Source: Candidatus Hermodarchaeota archaeon (GTDB taxonomy: Archaea; Asgardarchaeota; Lokiarchaeia; Sigyniarchaeales; SOKP01). From it: a stretch of 28,653 nucleotides of DNA. Positions 27,391 to 28,653 of this stretch are shown here, piece after piece. The stretch spans positions 1-28,653 of the forward strand of contig JBHLLP010000044.1 of the NCBI GenBank assembly GCA_048885525.1, written 5' to 3'. A program made the position numbers and the translations under genes. The notes beneath the pieces are model-generated. The model did not search any database. It had not been told where the DNA came from and saw nothing but the letters and a program-made list of their open reading frames with translations. How positions within the stretch are numbered: the stretch's first letter is position 1; every line of letters begins with the position of its first letter.

Positions 27391-28653
27391 TTATCTTGTA
27401 CTTTGAATAAATTGCATTTTTTTTTGCTCTTTTTCCCATTTTTTTCGTTCCGAACGTAATTTGAAAAGGTCAATATCTTTATAAATCAACCCTTCTTCTT
27501 TTACTGGAATGATTCTTTCAGTGCGATCTTTCTCGGGGGTATAGATTAGCGAATCTCCAAATTCTGCAACATTAACAAAAAAGCAATAAGCATAAATAGA
27601 TCTACGAGCGTCAAAATGTGCTGCTTTAAAATCAGCAGTAACAGGAGTGAATGCAGGATTGATTACAATATCTACAGGAGGTTCAAAATTTTTTAATTCT
27701 ACTCGTAAATCCATATCAAGGAAATCACGACATATTGCGATAGCAATTGTTCCGTATTCAGTGTTACAGACTAGGATTTTTCGAGGTTTTGAGGTAGTTT
27801 CTATAGCTTCCTTAAACCTTTTATCTTTAAAGTGAATTATTGCCGGAATATGCTTTTCTTGTTGCCAGAGAACTCTATCAGGAGAAATAACCATACTTAT
27901 ATTTTGTTTTGTTTCTTGGTCGTGAAAGGAACCTGGAATTATATACATATTATATTTCCTAGCAAGGTTTGATACTTCTTCTAAAAGTTCTTTATAGTTT
28001 AAATCTATGGTCATTTCTGGAAATATTAAAACACTTATATTATTTTTATTCGCATTAGCAACCATTTCTTGTACCTTATTTCTCACGATCTTTATTTTAT
28101 CCTTTTTAAGTCCCAATAGACCAGAGGATTTCTCTTCAAAAAATTCTGCTATAATATCACCAGTTGTTGATAAGCCAATTTGGGCAATACCTATTCTAAA
28201 TTGACTTTTTTGGGTTTTAGGATCCTGCATAAGAAAATCTAAATAAATTATTTCATATTTTTTCTTTTCAGTTTTTTTTTCTACATACCTTCTTATTATA
28301 TTTTCTGTGATTTGGTGTACCTCACTTAATCTAGGAGATTGACTAATTTCTATAGGACAAGCTGGAGCAATTATACCAGTGGTACTTCCAGAGATTTCAG
28401 GCTTTTTTATCGAATTTAAGGCAGAAAATAAAATTTTTTCTTCCTTTTCAATCAATTCAATACGATTCAATACTTCATTTTGTTTCTCTTCATAACCTGC
28501 TTTACCGAAAAGATCTGCTGTCGATCTTAGAATCTGTTCTCCTAATTTAAGAAGTCTTTCTTTCTCTTTTAGATCCAGCTCTTCATCTGCTTTAATTACA
28601 TGCCATACACCATCAAAATAAGTAGAAGTAGCTATAGCCCAATCTGCACCATT
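27391..28653 (-). CDS. Second TPR-nitrilase paralog (5'-truncated by window edge)
   Basis: The frame stays open from 28653 (NGADWAIATSTYFDGVWHVIKADEELD...), aligning with NGSDWALATSTYFDAAWYLIQADNELD of the first copy, so the track's start at 28470 is an artefact. Intact FPEM/QEKH/ICRD triad. Confidence 0.88.
   Translation of the reverse strand, partial: NGADWAIATSTYFDGVWHVIKADEELDLKEKERLLKLGEQILRSTADLFGKAGYEEKQNEVLNRIELIEKEEKILFSALNSIKKPEISGSTTGIIAPACPIEISQSPRLSEVHQITENIIRRYVEKKTEKKKYEIIYLDFLMQDPKTQKSQFRIGIAQIGLSTTGDIIAEFFEEKSSGLLGLKKDKIKIVRNKVQEMVANANKNNISVLIFPEMTIDLNYKELLEEVSNLARKYNMYIIPGSFHDQETKQNISMVISPDRVLWQQEKHIPAIIHFKDKRFKEAIETTSKPRKILVCNTEYGTIAIAICRDFLDMDLRVELKNFEPPVDIVINPAFTPVTADFKAAHFDARRSIYAYCFFVNVAEFGDSLIYTPEKDRTERIIPVKEEGLIYKDIDLFKLRSERKKWEKEQKKMQFIQSTR

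Noticed and set aside
23706-27835. Two similar + strand ORFs (23706..24005 and 27647..27835) that look like a conserved small gene
   Set aside because: They are antisense shadows of the conserved nitrilase cores of the two paralogs; their similarity is fully explained by the - strand genes.
1884-28204. Other short ORF-track entries (60-99 aa) nested in or antisense to long genes (e.g. 2161, 3347, 3552, 6960, 7644, 8424, 9617, 12239, 13691, 14641, 14768, 14847, 15773, 16679, 18421, 19397, 24889, 28007)
   Set aside because: They overlap well-supported CDSs almost entirely and have no motifs or translation signals.
27391-28470. Stand-alone 359-aa nitrilase as given by the ORF track
   Set aside because: The frame is open to the window end and homologous to the TPR region of the neighbour; the TTG start is an edge artefact.
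198-28653. Pyrrolysine or selenocysteine recoding
   Set aside because: MttB has no in-frame TAG, and the genes ending in TGA terminate at family-typical C-termini.

Overview
AT-rich (roughly 30% GC by eye), gene-dense archaeal-style window. Gene families, TATA-box/leaderless promoter geometry and oligo-U terminators suggest an Asgard archaeon of the Lokiarchaeia/Promethearchaeota type; this is inference, as no marker gene is present. From left to right: (1) a catabolic block with a non-pyrrolysine MttB-family methyltransferase, a GPH-family MFS transporter, a PIG-L deacetylase, a long-chain acyl-CoA ligase, a membrane hexapeptide-repeat protein, a DHA1 MFS exporter and five alpha/beta hydrolases, four of them close paralogs; (2) a three-gene operon encoding a MoxR AAA+ ATPase, a VWA protein and a SWIM-like Zn-finger protein; (3) a histidine phosphatase with AmmeMemoRadiSam AmrS, a UbiA prenyltransferase, two small ORFs divergent from an AbrB-PhoU regulator; (4) two tandem paralogs fusing TPR/SNAP-like solenoids to a catalytically intact nitrilase (C-N hydrolase) domain, the second cut by the window edge. 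The best candidates for undescribed biology are the tandem TPR-nitrilase proteins and the MoxR-VWA-SWIM operon. In that operon the VWA protein begins with a stand-alone copy of the AAA lid and the ATPase carries a histone-H1-like basic tail. No rRNA, tRNA, CRISPR array or transposase was recognised.
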